Shown here piece after piece: positions 25,670 to 37,215 of a stretch of 63,189 nucleotides of DNA (its first letter is position 1; each line of letters begins with the position of its first letter). The stretch is from Atractiella rhizophila (Eukaryota), in assembly GCA_021432655.1 (NCBI GenBank), contig MU271449.1, positions 1 to 63,189 of the forward strand, given 5' to 3'. The notes under the pieces are model-generated. The model saw only the letters and a program-made list of their open reading frames with translations, was not told where the DNA came from and made no database searches. The position numbers and the translations under genes were made by a program.

Positions 25670-26240
25670 GAAGCAAAACCAGCAACCTTTCTCATAGCAG
25701 GAAGATCATAGATGAGAATCCAAAGTCTTGCACGGAAAGTCTTTCCAGCTGGGAAGTCTGAGGTTATAAATGTTTTCCCATCTTGCAAAGCGAGAAGCTC
25801 CATGACCAGCGGCTCCAAAACATTGTTAATTGTGGTTACAGTTGGTTCACTTCCTGGTGTAATTCCAAGAATGAAAACATTTTCCAACTTGTACCTTTCT
25901 TCTGCAGGCAGATTCATACACACGAGTAAAATAACTCCTGAAGACGCCTTTTTGCCAGCAATTTTGTTTTTTTGATATGGATTGAACCAATCCACAAATA
26001 ATCCAAAAACTAAGTTATCAGGATTATTAGTATAAGGGACGCCAGTTGAATCTGTAAAAGCCCTCCAAGCTGTACTGTCCCAAATCTATCCCATCATTTT
26101 TCCGAGGAGGACAGCACTCCTTCAACAGATGCTCAATCCCAGCTCATGCGAGAAAGTATGTTAACCATGATTCAAAAGATTGTGTGCTGTAATAGTATCT
26201 AGGCACTACTGTGTTGACACCAGAACCTTAACAGCTATGC
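25670..26240 (-). mobile_element. CACTA/EnSpm transposase (tnp2/Transposase_21) pseudogene fragment
   Basis: [10 protein letters not shown]...[53 protein letters not shown]...[14 protein letters not shown]. Confidence 0.88.
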
Positions 26241-27087
26241 TCAAAAAAATACCATAGATCCTTAACAGCGCGTCTCTGTACATCCAATAATAATTGTATT
26301 TATCTCGGATAGCCTGGGAAACCTCACTATGCATCTTATTTCTCAACACACTGAATATCAGAAGAGAATCACATTCTTTTGCTCAGATACAGTGCTCTGA
26401 CTGAGGAGTGCTCATTCTCGAAAAACTGAAACTTGAACCCGCTCAGAGGGTCGTGATGACAGATGATGATGGGTTGCGCACTTTCCTATTTAGGCAACAA
26501 TCGATCCAGCACGTTCAACTCTCAGCCAACTTCCGTAAGCAATCCCCAACATTTCAGCATGAGAGACCATCTATTATGCTTTTGTGGTTATGTATTAATG
26601 ATGTAAGTACTCTATTATCCTAATAATGCAAAATAACACTCAAATTAGGTTCAGCTTAACCAGCTTCCGGACATCCCATTGCCACTGAATCCGTTGTGCA
26701 TCCTAAGCTCTCAGGGAAGTATTGTGCGAAATTTGGCAATGGAGAACCGTGCTGTGTGGAGGAGATTAAAGTCAGGGTGGTGCTACTGAGGTAGATGTCA
26801 GGTTTGCATCTTATACAAATCGGCGCCCGTTCGCCCGTTCGCACATTTGCACCTATATCACCACTTAGCCCAATTGTGCCTATCCTCTTCTTATTAACTC
26901 CGTGTAATCCCACTGTCACTTCCCCTTTTAGTTCTCTTACATGTTTTATCTGCTCTCCTCTACGCTCTGTGGCAGTGTTATTCCGCTTGTATATACAGAT
27001 CAGAGAGTAGTGGAGGTGACCTTAGGGTATTCTCTTAGGTTTATCTCCACTACAGACGTATCACCCATCAGCCACCACACATAGTGT

Positions 27088-27800
27088 TTGCCCCAACACA
27101 CAGGAGCACATGACGCTTACATTTTTTTTTTGCACAAAGAGAACTCACCTGAACTTCATCCCCTTTTCGACTATCACAAGTTGAATGAAGCCACAGCCAA
27201 AGACAAAGCATCACTCCCCATCCAAGCTGACCTCTTGTCCATGGTCTTTGCTGAGAAATTCCCCAGCAAGATTGACCTGAGGAAAGGTTTCAACAATTTG
27301 AGCATCAAAGATTGAGCGAAAACAAGTGATGCGTCATACAAATTGTGGACTTTTCTAACCGTTTGAAACATATTTTGGACTCCGCAACTCACAGCTGACT
27401 TTTCAGGCAATCCTGAACTCCATTACACGCGATGATTGCTGCTATGTTCATCTTCATATACATTGACGATATCTCGATTGTGACAGAGACTGAAGAGGAA
27501 CACTGGGAACATATTCGACAAGTTCATCAAATTTCACGCAAAAATGGACTTTATGTAAATTTGCCGAAATATGTTTGGTGTCAAGATGTGGTGGAATATC
27601 TAGGTTTGATTATTTCCAGCAGAGGGATCAAACCAGATCCAGTAAAAGTCACAGAAGTGATGGATTGGCCAGAGCTAAAAAACATGAAAGAAGTCCAAAT
27701 GTTCTTCAGCTTCGCTCATTTCTATTGCCACTTTGCAACAGATTCAGTCACATCGCACAACCTTTATATGAACTGACAACAAATGAGGTTTCCTGGGTAG
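27088..27800 (+). mobile_element. Ty3/Gypsy reverse transcriptase pseudogene fragment
   Basis: DYHKLNEAT.KD..LP, SKIDLRKGFNNL, IYIDDI, EEHWEHIRQV, VEYLGLIIS..GIKPDPVKV..V.DWP. Stops and frameshifts present. Confidence 0.9.
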
Positions 27801-28560
27801 TCGATTTCGGGGTCATAGAGAGTGTCAGTTATCTCAATTTCTCTTTCTACTCCTTTGACCTTTGTTAACACTTTGATAGTGCCGATGCCAATTGCTTGTG
27901 TGACGACACCGTGGGATGAGCAGATGCGGCATGTGTGGGGTTTGAGCGAGGAGAACCAATATGCGAAGGTCACGATGCGGTCCGTGGCAGTGGAATCGAC
28001 GTAGATCCCGCCATGGTGTGTCCCTTCCCTGTAACCGTGTGGAAAGGCTCTGAGATTTTGCTTCTCCAGGCTTCTCTCCTCCTCCTCTCTTCTTCTTGCA
28101 GCAATCCCGCTCCCAATGTCCCTCGATGCCACAATAATGGCACTTCCCCCACTTCTTCTCGCTTTTCGGCTTTCCTCCGCTACTCCCACTATTCAATTTG
28201 GTAAAGTACTTTCCTCATCGCCCTGTCTTCGTTATTAAGGCTTCTGAGGTAGTCTTCGATTCAGGGTTCCTACGGTCCGCTTCGAGCAAAAGACGGGAGG
28301 CGACGTATGAGGATATGAAGTCAGAGGTGGCAACGGTGTTGAAGGAGGAGACGACCTCGATCCAGGACTGTGGGTGTGAGATAAGTAGGAGCATAGCGAT
28401 ATCATCATCGTCAGTCTTGTCTCCCATCGCTTTCAACTCCTGTCCCATGGTTCTGATTCGGTTTATGTGCTCACACACAGATTCACCTTCAACATAACAC
28501 GCAGACGATGCACCAGCAGCAGATCTGGTCGACGGTTCGTCGTGAACGTGAGAGAGCAAT
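27764..28560 (-). mobile_element. Ty1/Copia gag-protease pseudogene fragment
   Basis: UBN2-like gag EGESVCEHINRIRTMGQELKAMG...LLLISHPQSW, zinc knuckle CHYCGIEGHWERDC, protease IYVDSTAT...AIGIGTIKV...DTLYDP...NLI. Confidence 0.85.
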
Positions 28561-30266
28561 GTACTAGATAAAACCTTCCTGCTAGCTCGCGATCCGGGTG
28601 AAAGTCTGATATGTCCTTCTTGCAGCTATGCTGTTGACTGGGCTTTACAGACAGCCAGAAATGACGACCTAATATGAGCCATCCAGCTTGGTGGGAAGGA
28701 TGGTGAGCTCAAAGCGTACAAGAGGATATGAGACTTCGTTAACTCATGGATTCTCATGGATATATCACGAAGTTTCTCTTCTGTACTGGGGGAAACTGAT
28801 AGACCACACTGCCTTCAGATGTTTTTGAGTGAGGCACTGGCTTAGGACACTTCATGACGCAGAGCTCACACAGCATGTTTTGTGCGATGTCCTCTGGTTT
28901 CAGGAAAACACAAGGTGATTGAGTAGTGCTTGTCGACACTGTTGAACCAGGGGCTCCCTCACGAGGATTCTTGGGGTTATCCACTGTGAAATCTGGCCGA
29001 CGTAGGGACATGTTGGTGAAAACAAGGGAGGGAAATCCGTGTCAAATGAGGTGAACGTTCAAACTATCAAAGGAGACCCAACAAGAACATTGGTTCATCA
29101 ACAACAGAGGAGAAGTCCGACCCTCTTACCCTTGCCCCATCCTCCCTGTCGCTTCTTTCATCATGCCAGCAACAGATAACACAAGCGAACGAAACTCCAG
29201 AAAACATAAGGTAAATTAGGGGTGTGTCTGTCACCATCCAATTATGATTTTCAATGATTAGTGGTTGTGCAGTGCTGTCTGTATGGTATGCCATTGACAT
29301 ACCTGGGTAGTTACTGCTGATTGATGGACCTAGGAGTGTAGAAGGGGAAAGCTTGAATGTGATAATGTATCTGTTTTTGTATGTAGTGATATGGATCTGC
29401 CTTCACAGACGATACCTTGCAGACGCTGCAGCCCTAAGTGAGCAATCCTTCCTGAACCCACCACAGGCTGAGTTAGCACGAAGGAGGGTTGGCACAAGTA
29501 GCGGAAAGCAAGCAAGGATTCCCCCCTGCTTCCTCCCTCCAAGGAGTTGACCTCCAACCCGAACCAAGGTCAGACAAGCTCGAGATCCCAGAACCATGGC
29601 CAGATGCCCCAGACGTCCAATACAAGACAAGAGTTCCCTACATTCCCCGTCTCCCCTATGGCGCCAGCCACAAAATCCCCCAGAGGTGGTTATCGAGGAT
29701 CGATCCTGTTCTCCTAATTGTGCCCTGCCAGCTTAGGCAAATGCATTGGTCCAATCAAGAAAGGAGGTGAAGCGTAAAGTCATCAGGCCGAATTGGGCGA
29801 ACGTCGAAGATGTGAAGACAGTGTGTGCGTAAGAGAGGATGGAAGGTGTGAATGTGGATTTTGCGTGTAAGATCGGTACTAGGAAGAGAACAGATCCGTG
29901 CGTGTGGAATGTGAAGCTGTGCGGTGGGCCGAAAGAGAAAATGTGGGTGGAGGATGTGGTGAGCGAAATAAAATATGGTTACGAAAGCGATAAGCGTATT
30001 AAGGAGTAGAAGACGAGGTTGCCGAGTGATACAACCATGGGGCTATGGGAAAGTTTAAAGCTAGGACTCCTCTGCCCCCAGGGATTTGGCCGCTCTCGCA
30101 ATTGCGCTGTAGTTTGGTGAAAATTTGCAGACAAAACCGGTGGACCAGGTCTTAACCCTGACACCACCCACCATGAGCTAACGCTCTTGGTTAGGGCTTT
30201 GGAGATGTGAAGGTTACAGGAGTGTGTAGGCTCAAAAGGTAGTTGGCAGTGTTTTGGGTGAAAAAA

Positions 30267-30320
30267 TCCTATCTTGATATCAAAGCACGACCCGGTTTTT
30301 AGCATGACGCACCTGTACAG
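30267..30320 (+). mobile_element. Orphan Helitron 5' terminus
   Basis: TCCTATCTTGATATCAAAGCACGACCCGGTTTTTAGCATGACGCACCTGTAC aligns with the Helitron 5' ends at 33106 (+) and ~59561 (-). Confidence 0.55.
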
Positions 30321-30899
30321 ATCTGGTGCAGGAAATCGCTCACAGATGAACCCTTATGGAACCGTGCCCCATCTGATACTGTCACATCTTCGTCCTCACC
30401 TCAATTGAAACCTCGAGCAATCCGCACCGATGCCTTCAATGCTGGCTCGACATTGTCCAACTTGACAGCGGGGTACAGCTCCAGAGCCAAAGGACACGAG
30501 GCCAGCAATCTCACAGTTGGGTCCCATATCCGCTTTGCCTCTTCAACTGCTATTGCTGCAGGATTGTCGCAACCTATAGCCAGTAGAATCCGACTGCACA
30601 ACTACTTGTCGTCCAAGGTTGGTCGGAGTCAAAGTCGCCCTCTTGGCGTTCCAATCTCCCAAAAATTCTGTCACAAAACCCTTTTGAGCCCCTGGTCAGA
30701 GTTTTGCACCTGTTTTAAGCTGCATTCGTGCCATTATCATTTGTTGCTCTAGTTTTCTTTCCCCTTTGCCGTTTCTCTTGTTTTGCCGAGTTCCTCAAGG
30801 TATAAAAAGCCCATTATAACTTCAATTGTAATTCATTCCTTTAGACCCTTGGAATCAACACCCCTGGTCCTTTTTCAGCTCGAAACCTGTCTGCGGCCA

Positions 30900-32760
30900 T
30901 TCATCCCTTGTTCAAGGGGGTTGAGCGCAAGAGCCAAAAAAAATTGCAGCATGAGGGTGTAGCGAGGTTGAAATGAGGGTCAATGAGGTTTAAAAGCACC
31001 TTGCCATCCCAAACACTCTGTAAGACCTGTCGGATCCAGATGATTTCTCCTAAATGGGAGACGTTAGCCTTCGACTGTTGAAGAGTGATGGTCTTTACCA
31101 ACTATGGAACGAATCAATGAGAACAGCTGTGGGAATAAGAGAGAAATACATTCAAGGTCAGTTTCATCTCTTTAAGGATTGTCCATTCCGCTGCAGTCAG
31201 CCGATAGTTTTCCAAACCATTTAATGGAACTGCTGTACAGCTGTGGGAATAAGAAAGAAATACATTCAAGGTCGGTTTCATCTCTTTAAGGATTGTCCAT
31301 TCCGCTGCAGTCAGCCAACAGTTTTCCAAACCATTTAATGGAACTGCTGTTAGCTGAGTGATGCCTGGCTCCAAGAGTAGAGCTCGTTTAATCATATCAC
31401 CTTTACCATTCCATCGAATCGGACAATGCCGAATAAGCTTCAGTTCAGGATCAACATCTTTGAGAGGGCCGTCTGGGTCTCATTCTTGTTGACACTTTAC
31501 CGCCTCTGACAGCTCGGCTCCCAAACGTTCGGATGAGTCTCGTACACGTCTTGCAAGAGCTGTAAGCTATTTTCTTCTTGTAAACAAGCAAAATGTGTCG
31601 AAATGAAGGGGAATAAACCTTAGTAATTGTAAAGCGAGCTGTCTTCAACTCCTTGTCCGTCAGCTTGATCTTTGCTTGCCACTGTTCTTCAGCTTCTTGA
31701 AGAATCACCACTTCATCTGTCTCCTGAGCATCTTTGTCTATGGATGAGCCAGTACCGTAAGTGGCAGAAGGCAAACAAGGGCAAGAGTTACCTCATTTTG
31801 CCAACTCGTCTCGGAAGGTAATCTCAATATCTTCTTCCAGCTCAGCAAGAGCCACATCATCTGGCTCTCTAATGTTCAGAGCCCGCACATTTGTTGCTTT
31901 CTTGGTAACTGGCTTTTCAAACCGTGAGAAGAATGCCTGCGAAAGGTATTATGGTTACATCATGTTACAAAACACAAGGGGTCATGAACAATGTGTACCT
32001 TCATTACAAGATTGAGGATGTGGTTGAAACACTGCACCCTTGTTTGAGTGCCACGGAATGCCTGCATACCACTATAATCCTGGAGGCAATCAACCAATGT
32101 ATCATTGTTGGATGCATTGTCACTGATTGCAGCAAAGACCTAAAAGCAATATCAGCGGATGAAAGGAAAATAGAATGACGTTACCTTTGATTGGAGGCCA
32201 AACTCAACCAAAAGCTCAAATACCGCTGCAGCCATGTTGAGTCCTGTATGGGACTCCTTCATTCCATTCCATGGATAGGATAAGTAAATAAACTGAAAAT
32301 AAAGGAAACGAAATATGTGGACCTGATGAAACCCAGCCCGATCTGCTTCATGTTCCCGCCGTCATGATAGTGGAATATGACTGCAATGTAGTTAAAGCCA
32401 TGAGGAGAGGTCCAGCCATCGAGTGAAATCGAACCGTACTTGCAGCACTGGAGTGTCTGTGTAGATACACCACAGTGGTCAGGACATTACAATGAAGGCA
32501 AAAAAAGAAATAGCAGACGGCAAGACTTCACTTGATGTGGGCCTTCATGCGTTCACGCAATGTTTTAGCATCTGCTGAGATTTGCTGAGGATTGATTGTG
32601 AGTGCCGTTGACCCGGTGGACGCTGTGTAAGAGCCGGGTGAAGTATTTGTCACGGGTGATCTCGAAAGGTCTGCTGGCTGTAGCTGTCCAGAGTGCGCAA
32701 TAGACCCTGATGACATACAGCTTGTCAGCGGGAGGTAAGTTGTCAGTTGTTGTCACATTG
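30900..32760 (-). mobile_element. Second hAT transposase pseudogene (intron-containing)
   Basis: WTATASRPFEITRDKYF, SLDGWTSPHGFNYIAV, HTGLNMAAAVFELLVEFGL, ISDNASNNDTL, RVQCFNHILNLVMK, CPIRWNG..DMIKRAL, LTAAEWTILKE. Confidence 0.88.
31123..31350. repeat. In-frame 114-bp tandem duplication inside the hAT transposase
   Basis: Two copies starting at 31123 and 31237 with few mismatches. 38-aa repeat TAVPLNGLEN..LTAAEWTILKEMK.TLNVFLSYSHSC. Confidence 0.95.
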
Positions 32761-33105
32761 CCGCTGTCATCCGAGGCAAGAGTCGACTGCTTGTTTGTCT
32801 AAGCTTTCTAGAAAGACATCAGTTCAAGAACTATCACAAATCTGTGAGTGACAAACCATGCATTTGTCAACTTCTTTCGTCATGTCCTTTGTACTAGTGT
32901 CATCTCGAAAGCGTGAAAAGGTATGCTGAGGGTCTTGATCCAGGTGTATTTGATACGCGGATCCCCAGCTATTCCGCCTTTGACTTCTTTTCAAAGGTGG
33001 TGCACTCAAGGATAGGTCGAGTCTTGAAGTGCCTGTAACATTTGGCGGTCCAGCGTGCGACATCAAGATCTTCACACAAGCACCCATTAAGATATACTTG
33101 GTGCA

Positions 33106-36100
33106 TCCTTATATAAAAAGCACGATGGGTTTTGACCATAACTCACGCATGTACTTTTGAGCACTCCAATTAAATTACATACAGAATAAATAGGATTTTC
33201 TGATATAATAACACCAATACTAAAAATAAAAATAAAAAAATATAATATATTTAATATAAATAAGGAGTATATCACTGCCAACAACAGCCCTATCAGAACT
33301 CTGAGCACACCACCAGAATACGCGTGTCGGCGCCTTTCGAACCGCATACAACAAAGCCTATTTGAAAGACGAAAAAAATTGTTTTCCTTAATGACTCAAT
33401 TGACTTCTTGGTCCACAACAACCCCATCAAAATTCTGAGCATACCACCAGAATACGCGTGTCAGCGCCTTTCCAACCGTATACAATATAGCTTATTTAAA
33501 GGACAAAAAATAGTTGTCCTCCATGACTGAGTCAAGTGACCGACTTCGGCACTTTGACAAAAATTTCCTTACCTACGCAAATAAGGTGGTAGGGTAAAGA
33601 GTTTATGCAATGGTGCAGTTGGCGTAAGGTTGGTAGTTGAGTCTTGACTGATTGGTGTTGGTGTAGGTTTGATTCTCGGTCATGTCACATTTTGTCACTG
33701 CCAAATCCTGTTGTGTGCAAACTGCCCACAATTTCTTCAGAGCTTTCTGAGACTTCTCATGTCATGCACCCAAAACTGTTGTTTGCCAACTATGAGGGAA
33801 AGTGAGCAAGCATTCATGCAAGTGAAACAGTTTCTTTCACCACAAATATGCTTCCTGACAGTCTACCATAGTATCCCTGAGCCTGTTAGCATCAAATCAA
33901 AAAAAGCAAAAAAAGCATAGGCATGTGGACTCTGGCTTATATATTCTTCACTCATATGTTATGTGCAGCAAGCTACACTCTCATGCCACATGGAATTCCA
34001 TCAGGATCAGGAGAGGATGGGTATGATCGGGTTTCTTCCTCACTGTACTCATCAGGGGAGGGTGAACGCTGTCTCTGATGTCATCAAGCTGGTCGTGATG
34101 ATCTAGATGGTGAAGAGCTTCGACGGCACCGCTGACACTGACGTGGAGCCCTAGTTGATCTTGTCTCATGTTGAGATGGAGTAGGTGGAGTAAGATTAAA
34201 ATGTGCAGGGCATTGCCTCTCTCTTACAGGTCGACCTTGGCATAGTGGTGCCTCCTGGTGCAGACATTGATGCCGTTTGGATTGACGCTCTCAATTTCTT
34301 CTTTGATTTCTCTGTGTAGACAGTGATGAGGATAGGGCATTAATCCTGTTGTTGCGAGGCGAAATAAGGCAACATCACTATCCTGCATTCAACTACTCAC
34401 CTGATATGGATCTTGAGGACACCACCTCTCTACTTGGGGATTACTTTGTAAACATTGCAAAGCCTTTCATTGAATGGAAGAGAAGATCGTTAACAGCCCA
34501 CAACGAAATCCAAAGTTTACATTGTGCTGCCTCCACAGCAAGGTGCTGCTACCTGTTCCTTTGCCTCTGCCTGAAGAACTATGAAAGCTTTTTACACATC
34601 ACAATACAACAAGTAAGTATTTCTATTCAATTTTTTGCATATACATATCTGAGAGGAACAATCATTATAGAGTCAAAGGCATTTTGGGAGCATATCAGGG
34701 TATTCAATAATGCTTTTGCCTTTACATCCTTAGGCATCCGCCAGGTATCAATTCCTGGACATGGTCCCTACTCCTTCGAAATTCAGGGAGAGCTGTGCCA
34801 CCTTATTGGCACTCTTTTACCAAAACAAGAAGGGTGTGAAACATTTGCACAGGTCTACATTACAGATTCAGCTGTACAGACTGAATGAAGAGTTGGCAAC
34901 ACTTCAATCTCACTGAATCGTAGTACACTTGAAGACCTTCAGGCTATGCTCTTCTGTGTCAACCCATGTCCCAGGATCTACAAATTTGCAAAAGAAAGAA
35001 TGGAACAGGATCCCACTACAACACTACATCTTTGCACAATCGCTCTACGAGATAGGGACCCAAGATGCTACAATATTCCTGTAGCCAGTGAAGTTGCTGT
35101 AGTGATGGTAGGAGACAGTAACAGAGAAGAATATGGAGTGGCCAGAGATATTATCATCCAGCTCAGGGCAACCACGACTGGTAGCAACTTACAGTGTGTC
35201 AATGAGCTCAACTCAAATTATCTTCCACTTCGTTTTCCTCTTCTGTTTCTATATGGGGACCAAGGATGGCATCTGCAGATTCTGTATCGAGACCTGCCTG
35301 CAGATCTTCCTCCTCGCGAGCGAGAGCACTTCAATGATGACGGCATGCAAGTTGGTAATTCTGGGGTTTGACAACGTGTCAGCCAAATGGAGTTCTATTC
35401 TTACATGTTGCATCAACGAAATGATATATTCTCACTCCCTCTCTACGGTGGTAGTCTACTGCGAGAATTGGTAGTCGATGCTTATGCTCAAATTGAGGCG
35501 AATCGACTCTGCTATCTGCGGTTCAATCAGTCTATTCTTCGAGCCGAGGTGTATCAAGGTCTTACGGATGCGCTTGCAGAAGGCTACTCTTTAGAAGATA
35601 TCGGGAGGTGGACTATATTACCATTAAGTTTCACTGGCAGTCCATGTTCAATGAATCAGCTGTTCTAGGATACAATGAGTATAGTTGGTGCTAAAGGACC
35701 CCCAACATCTTTACAACCTTCACTTGCAACCCACATGGGGCAGAGATCACGGAAGCCCTCCTACCAGGACAAAAACCAGAGGATCGACCAGATTTGGTTT
35801 CAAGGGTTTTTCGACTGAAGGCTCTGGAGTACATCAAGGATTTAGTGGTACAACAGATCTTTGGAAGGGTTATCGGATATGTCTGGGTCATTGAATGTCA
35901 GAAGAGAGGTCTACCACATGCCCACATCATGTGGATGGCATCAACTATCGCTTGATTCAGTGGCTTGAATCCATAGGAGATCAGGTATATTATAGTGCAG
36001 ATCAAATTATAGATGACGAGGGAGATCTCAGAAATTGCTTCTCTGTCAAGTACCTGAATACCCTGGAGATCCCTGGATTCCCTTCGCATCGTTTACACCT

Positions 36101-36135
36101 CAAGACCGGTGCACCCATCATTCTTCTGTGAAATC
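33106..36135 (+). mobile_element. Helitron A: 5' end plus decayed, internally deleted Rep/Hel
   Basis: Starts A|TCCTTATATAAAAAGC. 134-bp subterminal tandem duplication (33301/33435). Coding motifs HIRVFNNAFAFTSLG, FAQVYI, YLPLRFPLLFLYGDQGW, VVDAYAQIEANRL.YLRFNQ, E.QKRGLPHAHI (HUH), then a jump to helicase PSHRLHLKTGAPIILL. Many stops. Confidence 0.92.
33166..33271 (-). other. nad6: Probable NUMT: 5' end of mitochondrial nad6 inserted in Helitron A
   Basis: Very AT-rich 106-bp block absent from the sister Helitron at 59.5 kb. Translates (I/M)YSLFILNILYFFIFIFSIGVIISENPIYSVCNLIGV, matching the ND6 N-terminal x-N-P-I/V-x-S-V-x-x-L-I signature. Confidence 0.75.
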
Positions 36136-36939
36136 TCAATCATCGAGAGGAGAAGGAGGTGAGGTTGCGAGGGTAGATGCCGTACTGTGCTGGCCATCGT
36201 CTTCGTGAACCACTGGGACGTCAGGAGTGGTATGGGGAATGGAGTAAGGCGGTGGAAGAGGCCGGTTGTCGATGAGGAAGGCTTTGAGCGGGCGGCATGT
36301 CTTTGCTTCCCTGAAAAACCAATCAGCACCAGCTTGGTGCTCAAAGAGATTGAGAAAGGAGAGGGGAAAATAAAAATACAAACTGTTCCAGCAATTCTTA
36401 CGGATATGGTGGGTTTGCTTTGGTACCTTTGTACCAACATTGTATCCTGAAGAGCGGCCCAATGCCTTTTCTCCCTTATTCTGATTCAACTCTCACCCTC
36501 CCTCAGACATCAACTCAGCAAAAATGCCCGGAAGTTGTGCTTTAGCCTCTGCAATGAGTATCTGTCCTTCAGCAGTTTCAGGAGCAAGCTCATTGGCACT
36601 CTCTTCTGATGCAGATTCATCCTCAAAGTCAGAACTTTGCTCTGATGAAGCCCAACTTGCATCATCAAAGGTTCCGAAGCAATTCAAAGTCTCTTCATGC
36701 TCGCTGCAAGAAGAGATCTCAAAAGGTTCAGGCAATGGAGCATCTGCTAATGCGAGGATCTTGCTTTCTTCTGATGAAGAATCTGAGAAAAGTAACCATT
36801 CCTTTTCATAGACACTGGATCAGTCTAAATTATGTCCATGATGAAGCATTAATCATTACTACGTTTTTGCATTCCATAATATTCGATGGCGACCACTTTC
36901 GTGTTTGCAGCCCGATGCGGCGCAAATCTCCCCGAAATT

Positions 36940-37108
36940 GAGCGCAAAACCCTCGGGGCTACCGGTTTGCCCGTTTTCTCATACAAAAAGGAAGCGACCA
37001 TGAGTCATCAGCTTGGGCACAGTGGTACGCCCGAGGGCCCGAGGTATGGCAGCGGTACGCTCAAAATTTTTTTTTTGAAAATAGAGTTTGGCTTGGTGTG
37101 ACACCCTG
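36940..37108. mobile_element. Probable terminus of a TIR transposon (CAGGG-type end)
   Basis: Ends ...GGTGTGACACCCTG (reverse complement CAGGGTGTCACACC) after GGTACGC repeats and a T-run, immediately before the antiporter promoter. Partner end not found. Confidence 0.35.
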
Positions 37109-37215
37109 AAATGACGTGGCTTGTCAGCCTGTCAGCAAGTTTCTGGCCGCCCCGCTCTTGGTATCAAGTTTTCTGCAAACGTTGACCAAGGGCTGACCAA
37201 ACCTCAAAAGTTCTC

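Noticed and set aside
26797..27054. Possible TG...CA LTR before the Gypsy RT fragment
   Set aside because: No inverted ends, PBS or second copy could be confirmed.
28700..30260. Short ORFs and LTR-like low-complexity sequence
   Set aside because: Probably TE-derived, but no motif, terminus or duplicate supports a specific call.
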